The notes: generated from the letters alone by a model not told the origin. 63,163 nucleotides of DNA, filler included, from Reticulomyxa filosa (GCA_000512085.1; 25 parts of 25 records of this genome joined end to end with filler, not necessarily neighbours in it); one strand, 5' to 3'; positions 1 through 11,805 are shown, counted from the whole stretch's first letter. Made by a program: numbers and translations.

Positions 1-117
1 CCCCCCCCCCCCCCCCCCCCCCCTTTTTCATATGCATGATCCTATTATTTGTTTGTTCAAAATACGTTTTTTTGGTACATATATTACAAAAAAAAAAAAA
101 AAAAAAAAAAAAATAAC

Positions 118-1051
118 CCAAAAAATTTTATCAAGCGGACACTACGTTGTAGTCGCAATACTTTGTAAACATGTAATGTGGTTGATTGCTCTAAGGCATA
201 TTCCAAAGGCAGTGATATCAATAAATCCGGCAAAAACCACGACCGAATATATCTTTTTGTTGTTGTCGAAATTGGTCCAATTGAGTCGTATATGGTTCAT
301 CATGATAATGTACGTATACATATATAAATATGTGTACATGTATATGTATATGTGAAAACTTTTTAGCGATTTTGGAAGGGTCAGTCACAATTTCACTTCG
401 AAAACCTCGGTCAAAGTAATCGAAATACGCTGTTCGAAAGTTAAGTGCTACGTCGACAGTCAAGGTGATGTCAATGAACATGTTCAGTATTCCATACCAT
501 GTGTTCAAGTTGTTAATTGGAATCTCAAATGCCAGTGTGAATGGCATTTCAATCAATGTGTACAACAACATAATCCAGACAAATAAACTCCAAGCAATAT
601 GGAACGTTCCCATGGGATGAATTGCGTGAGTGTAGATATAATGCCATTCCCATGCTGGCTGCTTTGCTCTTGCCATGATCACATTCAACTGCGGCTTGTC
701 ACTACATCTCACAAATGACGGGAATGGATTTCCTCTTGACTCTCGCATTGCTATCAATTCCGTTGCAGCCGTTGAAAAATCAAGTGCGACGTCACTGAAA
801 ATATCATCAATAGTATTATCATTCGTATTGACTGGGCCTGGCGTTGATTCTATATCACGGGCAATCGTCAACTCTTCGTCTGGGATTGGTTCAAGTCTGC
901 TTGTGTCTGGAAAATTTCCCATGGGCTCCACACTTGGAGCTGGAACAGGTGATGAACCTCTCAAGTCATTTAGCTCCACACTCGTATCCATTTGGAAAAT
1001 AAATGCGTCTTGTGAGACGTCCTGCTGGTTTTTCCTGTTTCTGTTTTTCAA
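118..1051 (-). CDS. Voltage-gated cation channel of the cyclic-nucleotide-binding-domain (KCNH/HCN/CNG-like) family, N-terminal part S1-S4, 3' partial
   Basis: Exon ~1051-360 encodes IHPMGTFHIAWSLFVWIMLLYTLIEMPFTLAF (S1) and DITLTVDVALNFRTAYFD...IVTDPSKIAK (S2). A GT-AG intron at 359-253 joins exon 252-118: YIRSWFLPDLLISLPLEY (S3) and KVLRLQRSVRLIKFF (basic S4). Start codon is uncertain. Confidence 0.85.
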
Positions 1052-1500
1052 TCAAAAAATTAAACCTCAGTGACAATTGTAAAAAAATGTACATAATTTT
1101 TTCATATAATCTTTATTTGTTTCAAGATTTAAAGATTGAGAACCAACTAGAATATAATATCACACAAAAGTAGTAAGTAATAAAAAAGCATTTTCAATTT
1201 TATTTAGACGCAATATTATGTAATTATAATGACAGTCGTTTTTGATACCCAATAATAAGATAAATCGAAAAACATATTCAGTGATAATAACAAAGATTAG
1301 ACACTACATAAAAAAAAATTTTTAACATAATCATATTCAAAAATATAAATGAAAATTTAGTAATAATCAAAATAATTTAGAACATAAAAAATGTATATTA
1401 TATGTTAATTTATTTGATGTAATAATTGTTATCATTTGACAATTATATCAACATAATTATAAACAATATTATTGAATGAAAACAATTCATAATTTTTTTA

Positions 1501-1578
1501 ATTGATATCACTATCACTAAGGTCTCGATAGGCTTAGCCCAGTAGGCCTATTTTGGTCTTAGTGATGGCGATATTGAT
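1501..1578 (+). other. Long imperfect hairpin, 36-bp stem and 6-nt loop
   Basis: Arms 1501-1536 and 1543-1578 give 26 Watson-Crick pairs, 7 G-T pairs and 3 mismatches around loop GCCCAG. The region is GC-richer than its flank. Confidence 0.8.
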
Positions 1579-1585
1579 CACTAGG

Positions 1586-1685
1586 NNNNNNNNNNNNNNN
1601 NNNNNNNNNNNNNNNNNNNNNNNNNNNNNTTAATTAATTAANNNNNNNNNNNNNNNNNNNNNNNNNNNNNNNNNNNNNNNNNNNN
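1586..1685. other. Artificial contig-joining linker (first of 24): N44 + TTAATTAATTAA + N44
   Basis: The same 100-bp linker, with stops in all six frames, occurs at 1586-1685, 5118-5217, 7116-7215, 8921-9020, 10207-10306, 11671-11770, 13307-13406, 16057-16156, 17475-17574, 18784-18883, 21137-21236, 22834-22933, 23964-24063, 26750-26849, 32317-32416, 34673-34772, 36921-37020, 44228-44327, 50072-50171, 51373-51472, 53133-53232, 57820-57919, 59079-59178 and 61511-61610. Confidence 0.98.
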
Positions 1686-1686
1686 T

Positions 1687-2232
1687 AACAATGATAATGA
1701 TAACAATGACAATGATAACAATGATAATGGTGACGATGATAATGATAATGATAAGAAAGAGGATATAGAAGATTCCAAAGACGATATTGGCGATACAAAA
1801 CTTTGGAGCCAGTACCAACAATGGATTAACGACAATGATTTGGATATTGTTTGGCTTGTGTATTCAGTTACTGATTTTGAATCGTTTACGTGGATCGTAA
1901 ATTTTTACAAGTTTATTCGAAACCAATCGCAACAACAGCAACAGCCTCCAAATCGAAGTTTTATGCTAGTTGCAAATGGTTTGGATTGGCACATGCGGAA
2001 GTGTTCGAGCATGAAACAATATGAAGACCTTCACGGAGAATTTAATTATTGTCGTGTTGAGGTTACCACTATCGAAGGTGTAGATACTGCTTTCGATCTG
2101 GTTTTGCCATGGCTTGAAGTGTCCGCTAGAACTGGAGCTAATATCAAACGCTTGGTAGAAGAGTCTATCAATGATTATTGCTTCGTCGTTTCAAAAAAAG
2201 GGCAGAACATTACAAATGTCGAAAGCAATTAG
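1687..2232 (+). CDS. Divergent Ras-superfamily small GTPase, C-terminal half, 5' partial
   Basis: Frame is open from the contig start. An N/D-rich tract is followed by LVYSVTDFESF (Ras beta4/alpha3 motif), MLVANGLD (G4 position) and EVSARTGANI (G5). Confidence 0.7.
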   Translation, partial: NNDNDNNDNDNNDNGDDDNDNDKKEDIEDSKDDIGDTKLWSQYQQWINDNDLDIVWLVYSVTDFESFTWIVNFYKFIRNQSQQQQQPPNRSFMLVANGLDWHMRKCSSMKQYEDLHGEFNYCRVEVTTIEGVDTAFDLVLPWLEVSARTGANIKRLVEESINDYCFVVSKKGQNITNVESN

Positions 2233-2902
2233 CGACAAAAGCATTCGCTTTTTTTGTTTTTGTAGTATTTTTCTTTTTTTAAATCAAATTTGGTTCAACG
2301 CAAAGCACTTCCAACTCGAATACTTTGTCATAGTCATATTGTTACCAAAGAGTTATCACATTTACAAGAAGCTATTTAACAGCATAACGTTCCAAAAAGT
2401 TTTCAAGTGTATGTCAACATTGGCAATAATTTGAACCAAAATGTGTATTCTTTTTTTATTGGTGGTATTGTGATGAAAATGGTTCCATGTTGAACCTTGA
2501 TTGACGCTCAATTGCGCACCAACACACACCAGAAACTGAGCAATTGGAAGAGAAAAAAGATCACATGACATAAAAGCATCAAAAGCACAGAAAAAAAACA
2601 AACAAAACACCAAAAAAAAAAACATAAAAAAAAAAACGGCAACAATATTTTTCAAGTATAAAAAACACAGAAAAAAAGTGAAAACCCCATTCAAAAAGAA
2701 AACACGCAAGCGACTGTTCCAAAGAAGCCAAAGAGATGGGAGAGGAAGAGAAGCGTGTGTGTATGTATGTGTGCGACACGCACAGTAAAGGGTCTCTTTC
2801 AGATTAGAAGAATAATGGGAAAGAGGGGAGCAAAAGCCATGAGTAATACACAAATAGGGCAAATTGTTTTTTTTTTTATAAATGAAAATTATAAAACAAA
2901 CA

Positions 2903-4078
2903 TTATTTTCCACGGAGGTTGACTTTGTTGTACTTAAAAAGTAAGGCCTGATCCGAATTGAGTCCGGACAACATAAGCTTGCCAAACTCTTCAAAGTCGA
3001 TATCGCCATCGCCGTTTTGATCGACTTCGGCAATCATCTTTTTGATATCTTCCGTTTCCAAGTTTTCCCCCAACGCCTTCAATCCATATGCCAACTCTTG
3101 CGGTTGAATTTTGCCGTCTCCGTCCTTGTCCAGCACGTCGAACGCGTCTCTGAGCTCGTCCACATATGACTTGCGATTTTTAGGATCCGCGTAATTGTAC
3201 CCTTTCATCAGTAATATAAACTCTTGCAAGTCGATCTCGCCATTTCCATCCAGATCCACCAACGCTACCATTTTTGCCAGCTGTGGTAATTGAAAGTGAT
3301 AGTTTAATCCTTCAAACACTTCTTGCAATTCTCTCACCGTTATGTGTCCTAATGCCATCAAAAAAAAAAAAGGATAACATGTACGATCAATCTTTTTTTA
3401 ATTATTACAAAAAAAAAATGTAAAATTTTTTTTTAGCATGTCCCCCCTTCATTCCCCCCTCCCCCTTTCCTCTGAAAAAATTCTACTAAGGTGTGTAACA
3501 GGAAAAATGTATACGTAAAAAAAAGGGGGGGGGAAAAGTTTGAGATATAAATTACCGTCGTCATCTTTGTCAAATAATCGAAAAGCGTCTCGAAATTCTC
3601 GACGTTCTTGTGTGGTCATGCTGGACAATATCGCTTCGGCTGTCTTCTTTGGAGGGACCAATGGGGACACGTTTGTATCTCGTTTTTGCTCTCCAGATGC
3701 GCCTGTCTCGTCTTCGTTTTCGTTTTCGTTTTCTTCGTCCTCTTCCTCTTCTTCTTCCTCCTCTTCCTCTTCCGCCTCTTCGGCTTCTGGCTTTTCTTCT
3801 GCTTTCTTGTCGATGATCGTTTCAGCCTTTTCTTTTACTGGCGTCTTTACTGTTACCTTTTCTGGTTGTGTTGGGGTTTTCACTTGTACTGGCTGCGTTG
3901 GGGTTTTTGCTTGCGTTGGGGTTTTTGCTTGCGTTGGCGTTTTCGTTTGGGTTGGCGTTTTTGCTTGCTTGGCTTTTCTTTTTTCATCATCACTTTCTGG
4001 TGCCGATTTATCTCCTCCATTCTCTTTTCTTCGTATATCTCGCGATGGTTGGCGTGGTCGACTTTCTTCTCCAGACAT
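2903..4078 (-). CDS. Calmodulin-like protein with 4 EF-hands and a long charged, repetitive N-terminal extension
   Basis: Exon 4078-3556, intron 3555-3349 (GT..AG, phase 1), exon 3348-2903. Splicing restores EF loop DKDDDGHITVRE. Other loops are DLDGNGEIDLQE, DKDGDGKIQPQE and DQNGDGDIDFEE. Confidence 0.9.
3864..3968 (-). repeat. Coding 18-bp tandem repeat, (A/T/V)KTPTQ x5
   Basis: TTGCGTTGGGGTTTTTGC-like units on + translate to QAKTPTQTKTPTQAKTPTQAKTPTQPVQVKTPTQ. Confidence 0.85.
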
Positions 4079-4689
4079 GATAGATTCTTTTTGTTTTTTT
4101 TGTTAACGGGTCAGTGCTATACTAGACACCCTTTCTTGTAAAGCTGTTGTAAGCACAAAACTTAAATTGAATTGTATTAAACACGCTAAGCTTCAAAATA
4201 AGCTAAAACTGATAAATTTACTCAAAAACGCTTACATACCATAAGATACGTAAAATATTTCACAAATTTAAAATAGTAATCAAAATCCAGAAACTAGAAG
4301 ACTGTCAAAGTCTCGTAAGTAAAGCGAATGCATCATCAGACAGTAATACAATTGTCAAATTGTTTTAAAGAAACAATAAAATTTGGATGTAAGAAACATT
4401 TACATAAATGAAAGGAAGATATTTTTTTATGTAAAAGAGGCAAAGAGCGAGTAAACGTAATAATTCAAGGCATTTTTTTTGTATTGTACTTTTAAAATAT
4501 TAAAAATTGGTGTATAAACAGAAAAAAAAAAGCTATTGAAGCAAGGATTTTCGAACACAAAGCATTGTAATGGATCAAAATCAGTACTGATTCAATAAAG
4601 CAAAACACAAGAATACAAAACTATGTTCAGTGAGATTTCTTCTCTAAATGTCTTTGTCATCAAACGCAAATGACTTGCTTGTTAAACAG

Positions 4690-5095
4690 TTAGAAAAACG
4701 ATCAAAATTAATAATCCAAAATTGGAATCGAATTTTGAACACTAAATTTGGATGTATAAACGATTTTGGAATTATCATCAAATATGATAAGCTATTTGTC
4801 TTTTCTACTTCAAATAAAATGTTAGTAGTCAATATCTAACGCATAGATGAAATATTTCAAATTGATGGAAACTCTAGAAAGAAATGAAAAAGACATCAAG
4901 ATCGTAAAATTTTCACCGGACGGTGATAAGGTCGTTTCATATACACAAATACTGTATTGTATATTAAATCTAGAAAACAACTTAACGCTGCGTGGAGCAT
5001 TTAAGTCTACTTAATTTTGCAGAATTTTCACTGGATGGATATAAGTTGCGTATTGTTCACAATATGAAACGTTTTATCTGATGGTAAAACAATTA
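4690..5095 (+). pseudogene. Decayed WD40-repeat family member
   Basis: IIQNWNRILNTKFGCINDFGIIIKY matches the leader of the WD40 gene at 40650-40760 (KCWLRISNIKLGWIRDFDKIVANY). It is followed by broken WD fragments VKFSPDGDKVVS and FAEFSLDGYK with stops and frameshifts. Confidence 0.7.
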
Positions 5096-5217
5096 ACACG
5101 TATTTTTTTTTTTTTTTNNNNNNNNNNNNNNNNNNNNNNNNNNNNNNNNNNNNNNNNNNNNTTAATTAATTAANNNNNNNNNNNNNNNNNNNNNNNNNNN
5201 NNNNNNNNNNNNNNNNN

Positions 5218-5780
5218 ATTTCAGGTCGAAAGTGAATTACCAAACCGATATTGTGACTCATAATGTATTTCTTTTAATACTGAGATACTTATTTGTGGTA
5301 GTTATGATATTAAAGATTGTTATTCGTACTATACTATCAAAAGACAATACAAATATATTTGCTCTTATACTAATGCTATTAAATTAGAATGCATTGTGTT
5401 GTACAATTGGTTCATTTACAAACATGATCAAATGAAATTCATTTATTATTTTTTGGTGGACAAGTCAGTAATAAAATGAAGCAAACATTCTCAATGAAAT
5501 ATAAAAGTGTATTTGATGAAAGTGAAAATAAAATGAATCAAGAATCCAATATTTGGATTAAAAATAACAATATTATTGGTGATTATAAAGAAGATTTAAA
5601 AGTAGTTAAAGAATTAATGGGTGAATTAAATATGATTTACTATTTATTTCATATGCACAAAATATTAAAATACTAAATTTAAATTTAATGACTAATATCA
5701 AAAATAGTAAAATAGATATTGCTGACAACGAATATAATTTTAGTTATCATTGTTTTGTCCCTTTCACAGTATTCAATGAA
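5218..5780 (+). pseudogene. Decayed Kelch-like repeat family member
   Basis: FQVESELP...EILICGSYDIKDCYSYYTIKRQYKYICSY...HLLFFGGQ...KQTFSMKYKSVF, interrupted by stops and frameshifts. It resembles an amplified Reticulomyxa Kelch-like family (from memory). Confidence 0.6.
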
Positions 5781-7215
5781 AGACTCAATAATGAAGATAA
5801 TTGAAACTACCAACTGAATTAATTTCATCATCTGCAGTTGTTAGCAATTACTCTACAACTTGAATATTATTTGTTGATATAACTAAAACATACATTTGAG
5901 TTTGAATATAGATAAACTATTTAGTTTAGAATAATTACCGAAAATGACATAGTATTGTGAAAATATCAATTAAAAATTAATCAAGAAGTTTACAAGAAAT
6001 ATCTAAAAGCAAGTGAACTTTACAAAAAAAATTGACCAAATAAATTATCAAAAAATAAAATTAAAAATTACATCATCAGATCTTTTCAATATATTGATTG
6101 TACCTTACAATATACAAGTTTTATATATTAAAAATAATGTTGTAGATGAAGAAATAAAATAAAAGAAAACTTTAAAAAAATCAAGAAAACATTGACTAAA
6201 TTGGATGTTGTTGGATGATTTTAATAATTTCAACTTTAAATTAAAAGTACTATTTGAAAAAGATAAACAATTGACGAAAAATAGCATTGCAAGATCTACA
6301 TCATACAAACTTTTTTCAATGTCATATTAATAAAAGCCTAATAAACAAATTGACGCAGTTTATATAATAGTCATTACAGTCTTAATAATCAGAACAACTA
6401 CATCATCAATAAGTATAAATAAATCAAAATTATATATCAATCAAAACTCATCGATTTAACAGATTACACAATGAATGACACATTTGGCAAACTTCAAAAA
6501 TCTGAACATATTACTCTTAAAAAAAGCATTATATTAATAATGAATTTTTGTATATTATTTCAATTTTCATTTTTTTACTTAAAATTTATGTATTCTCAAT
6601 TTTGCTTTTTTCTATTTCTCAAATTATATAAAAAATTGATTTTAAGTATTCGACAAATCAGTTTTATCTGGATCCTGAGTTTTATTTTCTCACATAAATT
6701 TTTTTTAAAAAAAAGTGGTTTTAAGGATCTGTCTGACTATAACTAGTATAATCTTAATTGATTTATATTTAAAAAAAATGAAAAAAAAACTAAACTATAG
6801 TTTTTAATAAGATTTTGCATATTCTAAAAAGAAATTTAACAAATAAACATCATTTTATACATATTATCAATTTTATTTATTAAGAAACAATGTCAAAGAT
6901 AAGTTTTTTTATTTAAAAAAGATACAAATTTCGTAGTTTTTAATGTAATTTTAGTTTTTTATTAAATCTTTACTAATTGTTTAAAAAATTTAAATATTTT
7001 ATATTTTTGAAAATTTTTGATAAAAAACTTGATAACAAAAGTAATCTTTTTAAAATAAACAACATGCATTTGTTGAATTTTATTTTCATTAGTAATTATT
7101 TTTTTAGTACCATTCNNNNNNNNNNNNNNNNNNNNNNNNNNNNNNNNNNNNNNNNNNNNTTAATTAATTAANNNNNNNNNNNNNNNNNNNNNNNNNNNNN
7201 NNNNNNNNNNNNNNN

Positions 7216-7410
7216 AATAATTATTTGGATCTCTTCTTCTTTTGCCTATTTGAATTACATGTAATACCGCTAAATAAAAGAAATAATAAACTTAAAGAGA
7301 CTTAACTTTGATTGATAAATTTAAGTTCATTATTGAGCTTTTTTTAGTTTTTTCTTGAGATGTTTTTTGATGATGCAAGATGAAAAAAATGTTTGAACTT
7401 TTGTTTAAGA
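7216..7410 (-). repeat. Dispersed repeat / paralogous gene fragment, same orientation as 37045-37230
   Basis: DNA similarity is visible by eye (ttcttgagatgttttttgatgatgcaagatg vs ccttgagatgatctttgataatgcaaagatg). Minus-strand peptides are QIGKRRRDPNNY vs ETVKRRKRDPNHY. Confidence 0.65.
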
Positions 7411-8799
7411 AAGGAAAAACTGAACTAATGTGTACACAAGAAACATTTTGAAATGAAAGATAAATGTTACATTTTGTAACATATCTTTGCAACAATTTTA
7501 CAATGTAAAAATTTTAAAATTAAAAAATAGAATGTTACTTATTTTTGAATTTTGTATTAAATCTGTGTAAGCAGAAATGCTTTTCAGAATAAACTGTAAG
7601 ATATTTGAATAAGTGTTCATATTTATAATTATTCCTTTAATGTGAACAATTTCAATTCAATTTTCATATTTCATTAAAAATGGCAAAGATATTTACAAAT
7701 ATTTCTTCATAGTTCAACAATTTCAATATATTTTCAAAACAAATTACTGTTTTCATTAGCCAACTGATTTGCTCTTTATTTGATGTACGACAAAAGCTAA
7801 GTTCATATTATGTAAAAAAAAAAAAAAACACTTTCGGACCATTCAATGAATGATTTTGACAACTATGAAATTTCAATAGATAAAAATTTATTGAAAAATA
7901 TTTTTTATTTATCATTGTATTCTTTGAAAAGATTCAATGAAAATGGCAATATTTCAAAAACTGCGTAAATCATCAAGTGCTATGTAATTGTATAAATTAT
8001 ATGTCTTCATCAATTAATTTGAAATAGTTTTTTTATTTTTAAAATAAATTATCTGTACTCAAAAGAGTCAATTTTAATCCAATTTTTCATCTAGTTTTTT
8101 AAAATTGGAGTAGATCTACTTGCAAACAATTTCTAAATTGAACTTCTGTTTTTGATTTGAAAAACTTGGAAGAAAAAAAAGGTTGATTAAATCAGCATAT
8201 AATAAAAGGTAACTTGATTGCATTAAGTAATAATCCATTGACTTTCCAAATAGTTGAACACTCAAATACGTATCAATAATAAACAGATGAGATATACAAA
8301 AAAACAAGGAATATTTGAATATGTACGATAAAATATATCATTCCTTTTTCAGAATCTACAGCAAATTGAAAATTCTCTTCAAAAAACCTACATGCGAAGA
8401 TAATGTGATGTTGGATCAAATACAGTTTTTTTGAAAAATTGAAAATGTTTAAATCTATTAAGATTATGCAAATTGAGAGATTTGATAATCTATTTGTCTG
8501 TAAACATGAAATTATGTCATATTTATCATTTTATCTACATGTTACACCCAAAAACGGTCATGTAGAATTTTCTTTTAGGAAAAACATATTGGAAAGATTT
8601 TAAAAAATTAAATTCAATTATTCAGTCTGGAAATGACTCGTAAACTATTGATAGAAATTGTTTGGAATGAGTTTTAAAAAAAAATAATTCAATTATACGT
8701 TCTTGTGCATTCAAATTATATAATTTTGAGTAAACTAGAAATTAAAACAAAACAAATTCTTGTTGATTCCAAGAAAAGTTTTTTTTTAAGGAGAAAAAA

Positions 8800-8917
8800 A
8801 ACCTTGTTTGCTAGTAAAGAAGCAAAAATAATAAGAAATTAGAAATTATTTCAGTCCTTCATCAACTATACTCATATCCTCTTTGTATAGTTTAGAAGTT
8901 TGTCAATTATTTGCAAT
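8800..8917 (-). repeat. Dispersed repeat, inverted copy of 37357-37480
   Basis: The reverse complement attgcaaataattgacaaacttctaaactatacaaagaggatatgagtat...cttctttactagcaaacaaggt aligns with attgcaaataattgacaaatctctaaattatacaaagagaatatgagtat...cttctttgctagcagacaaggt. Confidence 0.8.
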
Positions 8918-10306
8918 GGCNNNNNNNNNNNNNNNNNNNNNNNNNNNNNNNNNNNNNNNNNNNNTTAATTAATTAANNNNNNNNNNNNNNNNNNNNNNNN
9001 NNNNNNNNNNNNNNNNNNNNAAAAAAAAAATTTTAAAATGTGTTATGCATGTGTTCATTTTTAGTACAGTGTATTTATTTAAATGCACTTTACGTCATTA
9101 AAGCAAGTTATTGTAATTGTAAACAACGTATTGAAAGACATATTTAATTAAAATTTTGCATTTATTAAAAATATTTTTTCTATTTTGATATATCAAAGAG
9201 AAGTGAAAAATAGAATTTTTGATTTTGGCAAAGAGAAATAACATATATCATAATTATTTTATATGCGATACACTTTTTGTTTTAAGAAAATTTCTAACAA
9301 AAAAAAGTGTTAAATTATTATATATTATTTACTTTTTGATTTGGAGGCTGGTTAGTTCGGTTCTCTTTAGCGAATATGTAATTTATTCACTTGACACTGA
9401 AATTAATTATAAAATGTTCTTTTTTTGTTAATGTTTCTTCTCCCAGTGATATAGTTTGATAAAATTTACTGAATTTGTTATTAGCATCAAAATCTTCGTC
9501 AATATTGTTTTTTTATACATAAAAATAATTTCAATTATTTTTCGGACAATTAAAAAGTTATTATAAAACTATTTCAACTACAATAAAACAAAAAAAAAAT
9601 GACTAAAAAGGACAGCACTTTAAAAAAAACTATCAAAGTTTTTTTTATATTCAAAAACTCTTTTTTTTTTGTGATTTTGTTCGTTTGCTCTTCTCGAAAT
9701 GCCAGTGTTTCGCATTATAATGTTCCTGTCGATGGCAATAAAAATCCTCCATTTATTTATTATTATCATTTTGACAAACTTGGGGAAGTAATTACATTTT
9801 TTGTGATTATATCATTTGTCATGGTACTGAATTATCTTATGTCTTTCATACCAATTTGGCACATATCAATTCTCCTTTTTCTCCGGCTGAACAATAACTA
9901 GCTTTATGTATTACTTCGATTTTAATTTCCGTTTTTTACATAATTTTTTTTCTTTCCTTTATATTAATAGATGCAAAGGAGTGGAGTATTTTTGCTGCAC
10001 TAGGACAGCCTAAAAATAATGAAGATCGGCTGAATACTTATTGGATTCCTTTTGCGCTTGGACTGGTAATTTTTTGGGACACTACTAATTACAATAGTCT
10101 GTTTTATTGTTTATCTCTTACTTCACATTGTACAATAATGGATTTCTTTTTTTTTTTTGACTTGATCTTGAATTAATAAAAAAATATTTTCACTCATAAA
10201 CAAATCNNNNNNNNNNNNNNNNNNNNNNNNNNNNNNNNNNNNNNNNNNNNTTAATTAATTAANNNNNNNNNNNNNNNNNNNNNNNNNNNNNNNNNNNNNN
10301 NNNNNN

Positions 10307-10353
10307 CGGGTTTTTAAAAACCCGGAATTCAAACCATTTCGGTTCCAACACTA
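10307..10353 (-). mobile_element. Possible terminus of a hAT/MITE-like element at a contig edge
   Basis: Perfect 18-bp palindrome CGGGTTTTTAAAAACCCG (10307-10324), then a small AACC-N5-GGTT stem. The minus strand starts TAGTGTTGGAACCG, which resembles hAT-type termini. Only one end is visible. Confidence 0.35.
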
Positions 10354-11374
10354 AAGTATTTTATGAATTATCTTGGTCTGATATGACCATGTGCTATCTT
10401 CAGTTATTGTATTTTCATAATTCCACAAATGCCATCCTTTTAATTAGTCCATTATTTGCTTATTCTATAATACAAATGCTTGATCAAATTTAATGACCCG
10501 ATCGCAAAGCCGTTTGGATTTTACGAAGAATATACTTTATATCCAATACTTTTTTGAACATATATTTAAACATTGTCAGATCCGTTATCACTCCAGGCAA
10601 ATAATCAAAGCTTTTTATCTTCACATGGAAAAATATACAGATTTTTTTCTTAGACAAATAATGATTTTATACAGTTCATTTTAGGGGATCTTTTTTTGTG
10701 GTCGACTGGTATTATCTTCATTTGTTTTGTGAACCCTACTTTTTAAAACATTATTTCAATTGTACTTAATTGTGTTTCTTTGTTTGTTTCATTATTTATT
10801 TTCGTTTTTGCTGAAATTTACTCGAAATAATTATTACTTAGTGATATTTCATCTATAGTTCACTAGCATTTATCAGTGTAAATTTTGTCATTAAACATTC
10901 CAAAAACACATTAATGCATTTGCAATAACTTTCAATTGTAATACAATATTTTTTAAAATGTTTATTTTTCATTGAGAAAATCGACGTCTTCGTAAGTATC
11001 ATGTGATATTTGCCATTTTTTGCAGTTACTGCGCGTTGTTTTATTGCAAGTGTGTACAAAAAATGTGACAGTCTTTGACCCCTTCACAAATAAGTAAAAT
11101 AAAATTTGTCTGGAGAATAGCGAGTCGAATGTATGAAAAATATTAAATAATGTTCATTTTCAAACTAGCAAGGTGACGAAAGTCTCTTTTTTTTTTTTCC
11201 CAATAAAAATAATGATTTTGATTTCTTAACGTGAAAATTTGCTCGATAGAATTGCGTTTCTATTTTTAATATTATGATTGAAGAGATAGAAGAGTGTATA
11301 TACACTTATACAAATGTATATACGTACATATATACATATATGTGTACTTACGTGAAGCGACAAAGATGAAAGCC

Positions 11375-11598
11375 TTAAGGATCAAGAGTTTTGTCTGAGG
11401 ATAACACAAGATCATTTTTAGAATTGTTATTGGCCTCATTGTCTTCTTGATGCTTACTATTTTCATACCAAACAAACTGCAATCTCCCCAATAGCTGCGG
11501 CAATGATGCAATAATGCTACCATACCGATGGTCATTATCATACAATTCAAATAAGGGAACTGCCAGCAATCGTACATTTTTTGGAACGCACAATTCGC
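11375..11598 (-). CDS. NUDT21: Cleavage factor Im 25-kDa subunit (CFIm25/CPSF5), last exon
   Basis: After the AG acceptor at 11600-11599 comes ELCVPKNVRLLAVPLFELYDNDHRYGSIIASLPQLLGRLQF, matching the NUDT21 C-terminal signature VPKN..L.A.PLFELYDN...YG.II.SLPQLL.R. Confidence 0.9.
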
Positions 11599-11638
11599 CT
11601 GAGTCATGATTTTGTATTTTGCAATTATTGTATATGTA

Positions 11639-11670
<32 letters not shown>

Positions 11671-11770
11671 NNNNNNNNNNNNNNNNNNNNNNNNNNNNNN
11701 NNNNNNNNNNNNNNTTAATTAATTAANNNNNNNNNNNNNNNNNNNNNNNNNNNNNNNNNNNNNNNNNNNN

Positions 11771-11805
<35 letters not shown>

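Noticed and set aside
1-23. Poly-C run as a telomere
   Set aside because: Simple homopolymer inside a probable intron of the channel gene, with no telomeric repeat unit.
2362-3033. 223-aa minus-strand ORF overlapping the EF-hand gene
   Set aside because: Phe-rich read-through of T-rich intron/3' UTR with no domain features.
9599-10110. Hydrophobic coding-like fragments (DAKEWSIFAALGQP...YWIPFALGLVIFW)
   Set aside because: No consistent spliced frame could be built; possibly a decayed membrane-protein gene.
10480-10700. Minus-strand FDYLPGVITDLTMFKYMFKKVL, faintly like caspase-like family N-termini
   Set aside because: Short, surrounded by stops, with no catalytic His/Cys motif; unsupported without a search.
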